From contig NW_024704743.1 in NCBI RefSeq assembly GCF_018977255.1, forward strand, positions 111,788,001 to 111,852,000: DNA of 64,000 nucleotides, in the 5' to 3' direction. Below the pieces are notes generated by a model, which was not told the origin of the DNA, searched no databases, and was given only the letters and a program-made list of their open reading frames with translations. This document shows, one piece after another, positions 12,825-24,993 of this stretch (position 1 is the first letter of the stretch; every line of letters starts with the position of its first letter). The position numbers were made by a program, and so were the translations under genes. This stretch comes from Callorhinchus milii. Its lineage: Eukaryota.

Positions 12825-13449
12825 TTTCGAATTCCTCCCACGCTATCTGTTATTATTTATAATATGCACCCTTTCAATTTTATGTGGGGCTATATTCTGC
12901 CTTCGGTTATTGGTCTTTGGTGGCAGTCGTGGCTTTGGGACGTCATCGCTTGATGTCACTGGCTTTGCAATATAGGTAATGACATCCACACAAGAATTAT
13001 AACATGGTGAATGTAGCTTTCCTGAGAAACAGACTACAGTCCACCCACACCTGCTACACTGGCTAGACATTAACCCACCACGAGAGAAGCAACTTGTATT
13101 TTCATAACAGCACATTATCACGTTGTAACATCTCAGGCAATTGCTGTTGTGTGTTGGCAAGCTATGCGGTTTTAGATGGTTAGACTCCAGCAATACTACA
13201 ATGCACATTCTGGGGTCCCCAAGCCTTGGCTCTTGCGAACCTGAGCCTAATCCTTTCTGGAATTAGGTAAGCAGGATGCGTCCCTCCAGGGAGAGAATGC
13301 ACATTCCATTCTGACGATCTATCTCTGGGATTTCCACGTGTAGGTGGGATGCATTGAAATCTCAGTTTGGTTTGGACACTCTTAAGCATGATGATGGGTT
13401 TCCGCATGTGTCAAGAGACCTGGCTGACCCCAAAAAAACTGTTGAGTGT

Positions 13450-13670
13450 AGTGGTGTTTTTTGCAGGCAAATAATGCAGCTATTTGTGCCAACAGGGTCC
13501 CAAAACAATCATGAGGAGAATGACTAACTCATGCAGAGGATTGTTGGCCAGGAAAATGGGAGAATATCCCTTCTCTTTCTGGAATAGTGACTCGAGATCT
13601 TTAATGTACACTTAAAGAACAGGCAGATAGGATCTCATTTTCACATCTAATGTGAAGGAACGGATTATAC
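13450..13670 (-). mobile_element. Old Deu-domain SINE fragment
   Basis: Reverse complement of the Deu core (ttgttggccagga..gatctttaatgtacac..aacaggcagataggatctca). Confidence 0.6.
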
Positions 13671-14839
13671 TGACATGCACAATGTTAGTTTGGAACTGTA
13701 TACACTTAGTTTACAGTTCAGGCAATCTGTTGATACGATTGAATACAACACAACAGAATACAGGAGCCACATTTTCCAGCCAAGAAAACTGACCACATCA
13801 ACGCAGAACGCCTCAACGTCATTCAAGGGCAGAACATCAAGGCCGCAGATAATCAGACATTGATCATGAGCTTGGAAAGCTCAGAGTATCATATGTTGTG
13901 TGACTACAATTTGTGTTTCAGAAACAGCCTGGGGCACAGAGAAATTTCTTACTATTTCACAGCAATATCTTAGTCAGGATATAGCTGAAATATTTAACCA
14001 TGCCGCAGAGATATACTGTTAATGAAATGGTATCAGAGATCAGTTTTCATTAAACATATATATATACATATAAAATGCGTTCTACATTGGTAAAATATCC
14101 CAGCCTACTTCCTTGTCACGGCAGACTGACAATTCAAATGGCTGCGCTTATTTCCAACAAACTGGAGAATCACAGGAAACAGCCGTGGGTTTAAAGTTGC
14201 GTGTAGGTTAAAAAAATATGGAAATGGTATTTTAATATTCTGTCAGTTAATATCGCTTGCATCGTTCTTCTTGCAATGGGACAGTAAGCCTGATGGAAAC
14301 AATTATTACTGCATTAAAAATAATCAAAATAAAATCCTTTCCATTCCGATTTTTTTTCCTTCTTCCACCCAGGTTTATTAAAGGATGATTTTAAACATCT
14401 GCCCCTTAATTGTTTCATCTGTGCTGAAGCCGAAGGGTAAAAAATTCACACACGCCCTCTATCGTGACCTGTGGTTAGACAGAAAACAGTTTTACCAGTC
14501 ACCATGCAGCTTCCTGTCTATGACTTCTGAAAGCACTGGAGGCCGAGGTTAATGGCCTTTCCAATCTCTGTGATAAGAATTCATTTTGTTCTATTACCAG
14601 CAGTTATCGTGGAGCCTGCTGCATCACTTCAGCAGGGTTCAATCAATGAGAGAACCTAATGAAGTAACCAGCTGTAGCTCTATTTCCCTGGTCAACTCTA
14701 TCAGACAAATAAGATCTATCAGTCAAATCTCAAGCCCTTTCCCAATAACTTTACCTTCACATGTAAAGCCAATATGCATATGAACTGGTGACACGGAGGC
14801 ATTTTCTTTCTGATTATTTTTATTTTATATTGCTTTCTT

Positions 14840-15050
14840 GTGTGCTGGCCAACAATCCCCTTGAATAAAATTGGTCATTCATTTCACGGCTGTTTGTGGG
14901 GCATTGCAGTGCGCAAATTGGACTGCTGCATTCGCCTACAAAATACACAGTCAATTCACTTCACAGTAAATCCTGTGCAGTGTTTTGGGACATCCTCCCG
15001 ACATGAAAGACGTGATAACAAATGCAAGGAGTATTTATTATTTATTGTTA
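14840..15050 (+). mobile_element. SINE 3' half
   Basis: ggccaacaatccc..ggctgtttgtggggcattgcagtgcgcaaattgg..gtgataacaaatgcaaggagtatttatt. Confidence 0.8.
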
Positions 15051-18000
15051 TTCAAGAAAAGAGAGTAAAATGACTCAGTGATACAGCACTGTGGGTAACA
15101 CTAATACAAAACGGGCTAGAATACGATTGTGGCTGCACAGACTGCCATCCTCTAGTGACAAATCCACAGCATGCCAACTTTTACTGAATGTCTGATCAGC
15201 TGCAGAATTCTTTTTATATATATATATAAATATATATACTTAAAAAATGATACATTTGCCTCGGTTTAACGTTACAAAGCAATCATAAGACCTGGTTTAT
15301 ATTTGAGAAAATCCACGTTGTTTATTATTCCTTGGACTGAAACTACAGATGCATCATCTGTCAGCGTCCCTTAAACCACTGCAATTACAGAAATGACTAC
15401 ACCAATCATCATTTCAGAAGAAAACATAATTGGGGGGGAGAGAGAGAGGGGAGGCTTTGCATAGTTGCTATGTATTTTTCTCCAGTATGATAAACCTTGA
15501 TTTCACTTTCCGCTTCTTCCTTGGTGAAGGCCTTATTTTCAGGGGAGGAATTAGCCTTAGAAAATGATGGCTTTTTCTAATATGTAAAACATGTATTTGA
15601 GGCTTATCTGACAAGATGCCAAGCAAAACAACCTAATGAGACACAGTGGAATAATAGGTTTGCTAATTAAGTGAAAGTTGCAATTTATTTTTAGAACCAT
15701 GTTTGTCTTTTCCTGATTCTTCACTGTTCTGTTACAGACACAAGGTTTTCTTTGACCAAAGGCTGGGCAGTGCTGATATCCCTACAGCCATGACACAGCA
15801 GCCTGTATCACATGTTGAAAGCCACTTGTGGCATTATTTACCTTGTCCTGTTAATCAAGAGAAAGCAGCGCAATACAAAATTTGTACCCTTTTAGCTAGC
15901 CTGTTCTGCAAATCCAAATTAAACAATGACATTTGCTTCTGGAACTGTGGACAGGGTGGGGAGGTGGAGGGGGAAGCAGTGGAGAGAGTACACTGGAGAG
16001 AAGCCAATAAAAATAAACTGCTGAGGCTTAACTCAGTAAAGACGCACGGAAAACTGTCTGTTTCATTACAGTCTAAACAAGATCACATGTACAGCGGAAT
16101 AAGTAATGAATTCTGACATGTGATTAGGCCGTTTACATAAGCTCCAAATATGCTGTCTGTCCCATCCCACCCCCCATCCTCTTAACAATTCAACCTTGAT
16201 GCCTTACGCTATCTTGTCTTCATATTGTAATATCCATTTGGAAAATCTGGCGAACTCAAAACTACGGATGCTGCTGCTTGGAAAATGAATGGAAGGGGAA
16301 TTTCAAAGGAAGGCCCATTGAGATACTATATATAATATTAAATGCAATAGAAACCCTATTTCATAGCACTTATTCTTTAGAGAAGTAGTATCCAAAGTGG
16401 TGAAGTGCACCATACCAGTCTATCGAACGTGCCCTTCAATTGGACCATTCAGTCATATGGGCTGTTCACTAGTTCCTGCCTCATACGCTTAATGTCTACC
16501 ATGCCACTCTTTGAAATTCTCTGCTTCTCCTCCCCACTTGACTCTGAGACACCACTCTGCATGGGAGGAAGCCTGATTTTAATCCTTAAAAATGTAGGGT
16601 TTTTCATTAAGAAAGTATGAGCAGCCCCGAGTCTTCCAGCCTTACGCAAAAGTAGATAAGATTATACCCACAAGACATTTTAAGTACATCTGTCAATTTT
16701 TTTTATGGAATACACTGATTGTGTGCTATTGATTGTATCTTAAACAAAGTTGTTACAAAAAAACGACCGTTAACAATTCACGTTGAAAGAGACAATCAAT
16801 ATTTAAATGACTCTTTTCATTGATTTAAAATTAACTTTCAATTAAGAGATCCATATGACTTTTAAATGCGACACTTATCCATTGCAGAGAAAAGGTACAT
16901 TTATCGATACTCTTAAACAGCACTCGCTGCTTTTCCATCGATTCGGTCATTTGTGCTGTGATTCGTTAGCGTCACCAGACTTTAAGATCACGAACCACAG
17001 CTCCACAACCGCCTTAGTGCGCTGGCAGTATGCAAGCAAGGGCTTATTGTAACACCGCGCTGGCACGTTTTGTATTAAGATGCGAGCAGCCAGAAAAAAT
17101 AACAACAGGTAGGACAAATGAAGTTCCAGCTATCTGAAAATGTATCTTAATCTGTATGCATTGTGCTAAACGTCTTCCAATTTTGAAACACTGAGGTGGT
17201 TAGTGGTGCTAGCCTGCCCTAGTCGAGAGCAATCCTTTATTTTGACTAATTAGACTATTGATACCTTTTGTTTTTTGTGGACCAAGCAATGAATGAAACC
17301 TTTATCAGCTTTATTGATCCTTTCAAAAGCTGAACTATACATGTTGGCCATGAGCAGCTCCAGCAAAGATGGTTAGCGTGCAGCAGCTAAGATAATCACG
17401 CTATCACAGGCACAGTGTGTTCAGTATCTTAGTGTGAAATTCTTTGTCTTAACATGGAAAATGGCACTTAGAGCTCATTAACTGGAATATTAATATAGTG
17501 CAATTAAAGTTATTAGCACTATTTACACGCGGCCTTGTTAATCTGCAAACAATTACAGCTAATGCCAGCTTCTAATTAAGCCATGTTGCTGAACAGAAGA
17601 GGTGATTAATTATACGGCGTCAGAATTGGAAGTACTGTGTATGCCCTTTAGCCTGCCTGTTTCACAGCACTTTGTAACTCACTCCACTGTACGTTCCATC
17701 CCAGTGAAGGAAGCATTTAATTTAAGTGCAGTCTAACCATGAGAGAAGCTTTGTGTCCGTATGCAGCAGGTGCATCCAACGTGGCCGCTATTCCTTTATC
17801 TTCACCAAGCGGACACAGAGGAATGAGGAACAAGATGCAATGTTCATTTATTTGAACTCAGAATGAAAAGTGATAGGGTGTGAGGGGGTGGTTTAACGTT
17901 TCTCTAAATGCCTACATTTATGTGGGTGATAGTTATTTATGTCAACCGAAATATGAAGAGTGTTTATGTGCAATCATTGCTGGATCATATTTAATTTGCT

Positions 18001-18524
18001 TTGTAATAAAAATGCAGTCATCATCAATGATGGCATTCAGCAACAGCAACTGGGGAGAGTATCCGAGACCTTCCCGTGGAGTCTTGCACATTCTGCAACC
18101 AATGGATTTTTTATTTGAAACCAATACGGATTGTCCTGTGGAGCAGCTGTGCTCACCTTCACTGATCAGGTAAACATTCTCAGAGCAGCCACACCAGGAT
18201 CGGGAATGCGGCACACACAACGCGATCTAAAAAGGATTTGTAAATATCAAATCTTGCGGGTTGATAGGTAGCTGTACGTCAAGCAAAGGATACTATGTTA
18301 GAGCGGAGATCCCGCAAGCCTGATTGACATACATCCGTTTCCCAGCAGGACTTGAGATTAGCAAGTTCTTTTCTAATCCTGGTGCGTATTCCGCGATTTA
18401 GACCTATTTTCTCTGTTTGACAACTTACAGCTGAAGAGCCTAAAGTTAATGGGTTGTGTCCTGCTAACCTCTATATCTGATTATCTGATAGCTCCTGCCA
18501 GTATCAGAAAACATAGGCAACTTT

Positions 18525-18650
18525 TGTGCCGTGAGCAATTGTCTGCTGCGTTTCGCCCACAAAATATACAGTCAATTCACTTATATTCTGTGAAGCACTT
18601 TGAGAGATCTTAAAGACTTGATAAGGCGCTATATCAAATGAAGGATTATT
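18525..18650 (+). mobile_element. SINE 3' fragment
   Basis: gcgtttcgcccacaaaatatacagtcaatt..gataaggcgctatatcaaatgaaggattatt. Confidence 0.8.
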
Positions 18651-19989
18651 ACCACGCACCTACCCCCAGAATGCTGAGGATCTGGTGGGTTTTCACCACT
18701 AAATGTTGTGGAAATATGGACATGCCTGAGAGCGCCAGGAATTGAATGCATGTTTGATATCGGAATAGAACATGTGTCGATCACCCCTCTGGTACGTGAA
18801 GCGTACAGCCTGTGGCAATCAGAGGCTCAAAGATTTCTTATGCTTTCAGCCTTAAGACAATTGTTTTAAATATTTGATTGAATCGAAGAATTTTCCAAAT
18901 TGCTGCACAAGCTGAACTTTTAAGATAATGGCTTGGGAGCATTTTCTGGCCACACTTGAACTAGAGCTGGGGGGGGATGGGGGGAGGAGGGGGAGGCGTA
19001 AAGTAAAGTTACCGATCTTGTAATGTTATTTAGGTTTATTTCCCTAATATACCCCTCTCAAACTCTCGAGGATTGAAGATGTTTAAAAAATAAAAGTTCC
19101 CACAGTGTATGAACCAAAACATGAGTTGCTATGATTCCAGCCACAGACAACAGAACCACATTCAAAACCTATGTTAGGGCTTTGGGAAATGCTGACTTTA
19201 TCACCCTGCACTGCCATTTTTGCAGCACGTTTTCATCTAAAAGGGTCCAGTTAACGCCACGTGGCTTAGTTCAGCTCACTTAACCTTTTCAGTTAGTTCC
19301 TGGCATTTAAGTCAGGGAGACTCGTTGTAAACCGAGGATTCCCCACATTATTTCCATGTTTCTAGTGTATGTAGTGGAAGCTCACTTTGTGTATGAGGCA
19401 GTGCAATGTCCAGTTTATTCCATAAATCAGGAATACCTGCTAAATGACAAACGACACAAATCTTCCTTCCAACTAAAAATATCCAGTGGACCTTTTTACG
19501 CAAGGTGCAAATTTTGGTAATTTCTTAAATTCAGTCTTCATCCTCAAGCCAGTTATCTGCAGTTCTTAAAATAACCTGATGATAAACAGCTTCAAAAGTA
19601 GACTGAATTGAAAATTATTCAAATGGTGCATGCACCGAAACGCTAAGATAAGAAGTCTTAATTCTGGATCCAGGTGAAACGTCTCCCTAGGCCTCTCCAT
19701 TGCCTCCCTGTACATTCGGCTCAACCACTGGTCACAACGCGTTTTGAAAATAAAATAATTAACTTTTATTTCCGTTTTATTAAACTGGAATGAGGATCAA
19801 TACGAGCGTTGAGGACACTTTAATATCCTTAATTAGATTAAATCAGCTATTCTCTCCAGAGGTTCGCTTGGTGCCACCTTGAAAAAAAATCCCCTAAACA
19901 GATATCAAGCAGTCGATTCCCACAGGGCAGTGTCGACCCAAATACTGGTTCATTTCACCAGTGAATCAGGAAGCTAGTATGAATAGCTA

Positions 19990-20233
19990 GCAGTAAATAG
20001 GAACCCGGTTGTTAGTCGATTGGAAGATCGCTCTCCGTGGGTAATAGTCCCTCACAAAAACATTTGGTTACTCAATCCACGATTGTTTGTGGGACACTGC
20101 TGGGCATAACTGACTGCTACGTTTCGCCCACAAAATACACAAAATAACTTTACAGTGTACTCTGTAAAGCACTTTGAGATGTCTCAAAGACGAGATACAG
20201 TGCAATATAAAATGCAAGGATTATTATTATTAT
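19990..20233 (+). mobile_element. Young tRNA-SINE, 5'-truncated
   Basis: gcagtaaataggaacccggttgttagtcgattg body matches the copies at 23.3 kb and 48.0 kb; standard tail ending (tta)n. Confidence 0.8.
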
Positions 20234-21484
20234 TCAGTCCTATGACTCAAAATCCAACACACACATACACACATGCGCACGCACAATGAATTAAAATGCA
20301 CATTTTTCTCATTTGTTATCATTCATTGTCTGCATTGAAAACCCGCTCTTCCTGCTTCACTTTGTACAACAAGCTGTGGAGCGAGTCCCCAGCTGAGCAC
20401 AGCAGAATTACAGGGCTCGGGGAAAGGGGTGGAGAATCCTTGGCTGTGATGTTCATACACAGAGGCACACAAACATGTGTGATAAGCAAGGATTTATTGC
20501 CAAAAGGATATCCGAACACGTATAATTAGATAGGCGCATATGAAAAGAAGCGGTTTGTAGTTTTTTGCTAATAGTAGTAGCTCGGCGATTGAACTTTATG
20601 GATGTTGGAATATTATCATTTTAAAGTCCAGAGGTTATTTGTAAAATTGATGGGTGAATCAGAGGTCTGCATAATTTCCAGTAGCCAGCTGTGAAACACC
20701 AATTTACTGGTGACAGGCGAAAAAAAAAGGGGGGGTTGTATGCATTTAGAGCTGAGTGTACTTTCAGCTCGAAACGGCAGGAACTGCAGGTGTCTGGAAC
20801 AGCAAATGGACAACAAATCAAGAAACACAGTACTTCTCTGCCAGCCCTCGAATCACAGCCTCCTTTTCGGCTGTGTTGGCAGCGTGGCCGCCCATTACAG
20901 TGCAATTACCCCGGTCTCTTTATCCTGACACCACCATGAGCTGCTGTCACTCAGTCTCCAGCTCACTGCTTTCCCTGTGCCACGGCCCCGCTCTTGTCTG
21001 CTCAAGCTGAAGTTAAGCTCCCCCAGGCCGACCTATTCATTACCTATTGCTTTCCAAGTGATGTAATCCCTGGGAGCAAAAAAAAATGCAAGCAGGCTAA
21101 TTATATAAAACATCCAGGTTTGTTTTTTAATATAATCTGCTCTTTCCTCCTTCACCCATTGGCATACCTTCTTAATACTGTAAATATTTAAACTCCTCAT
21201 TATGCCGAGTGATCATCAACATCACATTAACGCAAGTCAAATTCCTCACACGAGCTAATGAATGCAGGTTATGTCGCTGAGCCTCCAAACCCTGTGCAGT
21301 GCTGTTCTGCAGGAAGGCTTTCATTATGAAATCGCACGGCGAACATCCAAACATCACTGCGCCTCACGCTCATTCGCAGTTAATAATGTTAGCTCCGCTT
21401 TGCCACAATAGGGTTAGGATACCATTAGAACCCACATATACACACACCCATGTAAAGACAATAAAGGCAACCCAATAATGTGAC

Positions 21485-21583
21485 ATAGTCCATCCATTTT
21501 ACAGTATATCCTGTGAAGCGCTTTGAGACATCTCAACAACTGATAAGGTGCTTTATCAAATGTAAAGATTATTATTATTATTA
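21485..21583 (+). mobile_element. SINE tail fragment
   Basis: ctgtgaagcgctttgagacatctc..tgataaggtgctttatcaaatgtaaag(att)n. Confidence 0.75.
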
Positions 21584-22624
21584 TGTGACTGAATTAATTG
21601 TCAATGGGTGCATATCATGGCCAAGATCAAAGATACTGATGTGCGAAGTCGATGCCTCAGCCACCCCCTGAAATGTCTAATCGTATAACATGAGTGTGAC
21701 ATAATTCAGCATATATTATGACAGTAGCAATTACAGAAAAGTGCATGACACCATTATTTCCAACTGGAAATGAGATGATTATGCTAATTAAGTGATAGAT
21801 AGCAGGTGGCACAAAGCGGCTGTTACAAGCCTGTCTGATCCAGAGAGAGACTCGCAGTCAAAGTCTGGACGCCTTAACGCAGGCGGCGAGAGATTCAAAT
21901 GCAGCTCGGTCCCTCAGTGAGGTCCTGGCATTTGCTTTGATTTAGCAGTTCCTTATCACATCAAAGAGGTGAAAAGGTAATTTTACAGACTAGTGTGAAA
22001 AATCAACTGGCACTTCACCAATTCCAGCTGCTGGGATTTGCCTGCGGATTAGCATATTACCAGTATTGCAACATTACAGCAAACTAACAGTTTGGTAGCA
22101 AATTAATCACTTTTTTTTCAACTGATGAACCACTCAATTTAACAGATCCCCAGTGCAGTGGAACCACTTCCCATGAAGCTGAAGTCACTGAAGCTCCCTT
22201 TATATTGAAACACTTCACCATTGTCTCGATACCATAAGGGACTGAGGAATGCTGGGTTTACGTGGCAAGAATGGGTTCAGATTCAATGGAATCTAAAGAT
22301 CGCCTAAGTTAGGGGCTGAAGCCTATTTTCAATGCAGGACAAAATCCTAATATCTGGGCATTTGCAAACAAATTGAATCCTACATTTGGTTATCCGGTAA
22401 GAACCCCGGACTCCCGCCCTCACCCCACGCCTTCCCATTGGAGAAACTCTACAGAGCTCAGTGGTGCCAGAACCACTGACACCTCAGTCTGTCCACTGAC
22501 AAAAAAAACAGCTGGTGTTCACACAGGCAACGGGAGGCAGTGCTTATGCTGGTCCAGAGACTGCTTTCGACAGGCTGGGTGGGATCTGTGGGTTGGTGAA
22601 ATTGCCCAGGTGCTCACTCCTGAC

Positions 22625-22760
22625 CATAGACAACAGAAAGTTGCAGAACAGAAGGCTATTCGGCCCATTGTGTCTGTACCAGCTCTTTTAACAGCAATTC
22701 TTCCAGTCCTAATGATCTGCCCTTTCCCCATACCCCGATAGTTTACTTCTTAAATTACTA
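22625..22760 (-). mobile_element. CR1 LINE 3' end
   Basis: cataga..aggctattcggcccattgtgtctgtaccagctct..tttccccataccc resembles the reverse complement of a CR1 3' UTR (recalled consensus). Confidence 0.55.
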
Positions 22761-23327
22761 CTGCTTGAAATCACCCATGTGTCCCACTCCATATCTCTCT
22801 CAGAGACCATTGCTTGAGTATTGTGGGCAGGCAGTGAATGAAGATGGGATCAAGCTCAGCTTGACTGTACAACAACATTCACGTGTGAAGGCTCACATGT
22901 GAAGCATTGCCACTGGGGTGAGATATTGGAGGACACCCACCCTTACACCCCCCACCCTTTGAGGGAAAAAATTAATCAAATGCCTTCAGGAGAGGAGGAA
23001 AGGAGGAGGACAGGGAACGAAAAAATTAGCGTGGGTCTGAAAGCTTTTAACCTTCCACCATCTAGCCTAAGAGAAGCGGCAGAATTCCCCTCAGTAACAT
23101 GGAAAACAGGGCCTCAAGTCATAAAGCAATTCTATTCAATGTGAGCAAAAAAAATCAATTATGTGGCACAGAAATAGCTTGGCTGCTATAAACTCATCTA
23201 CTCCATTTGCAGGTTTTTGTGGTGGGGCCGGGGTACTCAGATAATGCAGCGGGGACATGAGCAGTAATGGGAAATGCAGCTCCTCATCACAGCAGTGCTA
23301 CTGTAACTATTTCATCTCCGACAATTA

Positions 23328-23710
23328 AATAATGATAAAAATAATCGTTGCATTTGATATAGCCCTTATCACATCTTTGAGATGTCTCAAAGCGCTTCAC
23401 AGAATATACTGGAAAGTGGGTTGACTGCATATTCTGTGGACGAAACCTGGCAGCCAATTGCGCACAGCAGTGTCCCACAAACAGTCGTGGTTTGGTTGAC
23501 CAAATTATTATTATTGTTTCCTGTTGAAGGGATTATTACCTCTGGAAAATCGATGCTCCGATTGACTATCAACCGGATTGCTACTTACTGCTTGGAAAAC
23601 ATAGACGTCCGGAGTAAGGAAACTTGCCTAAGGTTTCTCCCCACCCGGGAATTGACCCTGGTCCTCTCGCTTATGGGGCGAGTGCTCTAACCACTACGCT
23701 ACAGGACTCC
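23328..23710 (-). mobile_element. Young tRNA-SINE, full length
   Basis: Minus strand starts ggagtcctgtagcgtagtggttagagcactcgcc (A box) with a degenerate B box, then the shared body and L2-like tail. Confidence 0.88.
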
Positions 23711-24039
23711 ACAATCTCTGTCTCAAGTCTGATGGCAGCAGCAGTAACCACACTCTGGAATGACACAGAGAAGAACTGCAATGAGTTAAAAACAGAAACT
23801 TAGGTAACCAGAGTAGAAATGCTGAACAGTGTCTGTGAAGCTTGTTCAGCAAACCACAAAGAGGTTTTAAGCATTGGAGAATGGGCTGGGCTGACCTTTC
23901 TCTCTAAGTGCTCAGTCTTATCCACTGCTGTACTCCAAATGGAGTGATGGCACAATCCCTTATTTAGACTTTTTTAAAAAAATAATGATTTCAGTCGACC
24001 ACAGGGTCTCGGGTCACAATGTTTTGATGAAAAACACAG

Positions 24040-24650
24040 TCAGTTATAGGTCACCCTCCTGTTCAAGTTGCACTTTCAGGCCCTGCTTGGACTGCTGCGC
24101 ACCGTTCTCGTCACTGCAATACAAGGTCTAGGTACAAGAGACAATTAGAGAAGAGCCAACAAGGCTCATGCCAGAGTAACGGGCAGGACTATGAAGACCA
24201 AAAACTTGGTTTAATGTAGTGTTTTCACATTGGGTGAGCCCCTAGGCAATTAGTCTCTTCAACCTTCAAATGAAAGGTCTCAAGAGAGAACTATTTAAGG
24301 ATATTTATTTATACATGTTAAATTTCACCTGCGAAGTACACTTTACAGTAAATCCTGTAAAGATCTTTGAAACGTCTTCTTGACAAGAAAGGTGCTATTT
24401 CAAAGCAAGAAATAGCAAATAAGATAGAGGAAGTAATCCTGGAGCAATCATTTCACACATGTCAAGGCTGCAAGACAAGAGGTCATAGGTCCAAGATTGT
24501 GAAGGAAACTTTGGGCCGGACACCAGAAAGCATTTCTTTACAAAGAGAGTATTTAACAATCGGAATGGGTTATGAGGAAGGGCGATAGAAGCCAGAAAGC
24601 TGGACTTCTTTAAGAGGCAACATGATGCTGTAACGGGAGGATGTGTATTC
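24040..24650 (+). mobile_element. Degenerate CR1 LINE, C-terminal ORF2 fragment
   Basis: Frameshifted remnants of CR1 motifs: aggccctgcttggactgctgcgcaccgttc (RP.L.YC..F), agaagagccaacaaggctcatgcca (RRATRL.P), acaagaggtcat (TRGH), ttctttacaaagagagta (FFT.RV). Confidence 0.65.
24338..24415 (+). mobile_element. SINE tail fragment nested in the CR1 remnant
   Basis: cactttacagtaaatcctgtaaagatctttgaaacgtc..aaggtgctatttcaaagcaag interrupts the CR1 sequence. Confidence 0.6.
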
Positions 24651-24864
24651 TGGGAGGATGAGATCATCAGTTGAACTTCTCTTGTGCTACCATTGTGTGA
24701 AGAAGCAGAGGGTGCAACACCTTCAGGTAAGAGAATCTGTGAGACACCAATTCAGAATAATTTACTATTTCGCCAAGCTTCTTTTCTTGATTTATTTCTA
24801 GATTTAACACCAGTTTTGTTTTTTTGACTTTGGGTGCTGTCTCCTTCAGTTGGAAGTTTATCCC

Positions 24865-24993
24865 AGTGTGCAAATTAGCTGCTACATTTGCCCGCAGAAT
24901 TCACACAATCACATCATTATATTCCGTGAAGCACTTTGAGACATATTGATGATGTGATAAGACGTTCTTTCAAATGCAAGGATTGTTATTATT
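24865..24993 (+). mobile_element. SINE 3' fragment
   Basis: gtgtgcaaattagctgctacatttgccc..gtgaagcactttgagac..caaatgcaaggattgttattatt. Confidence 0.75.
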
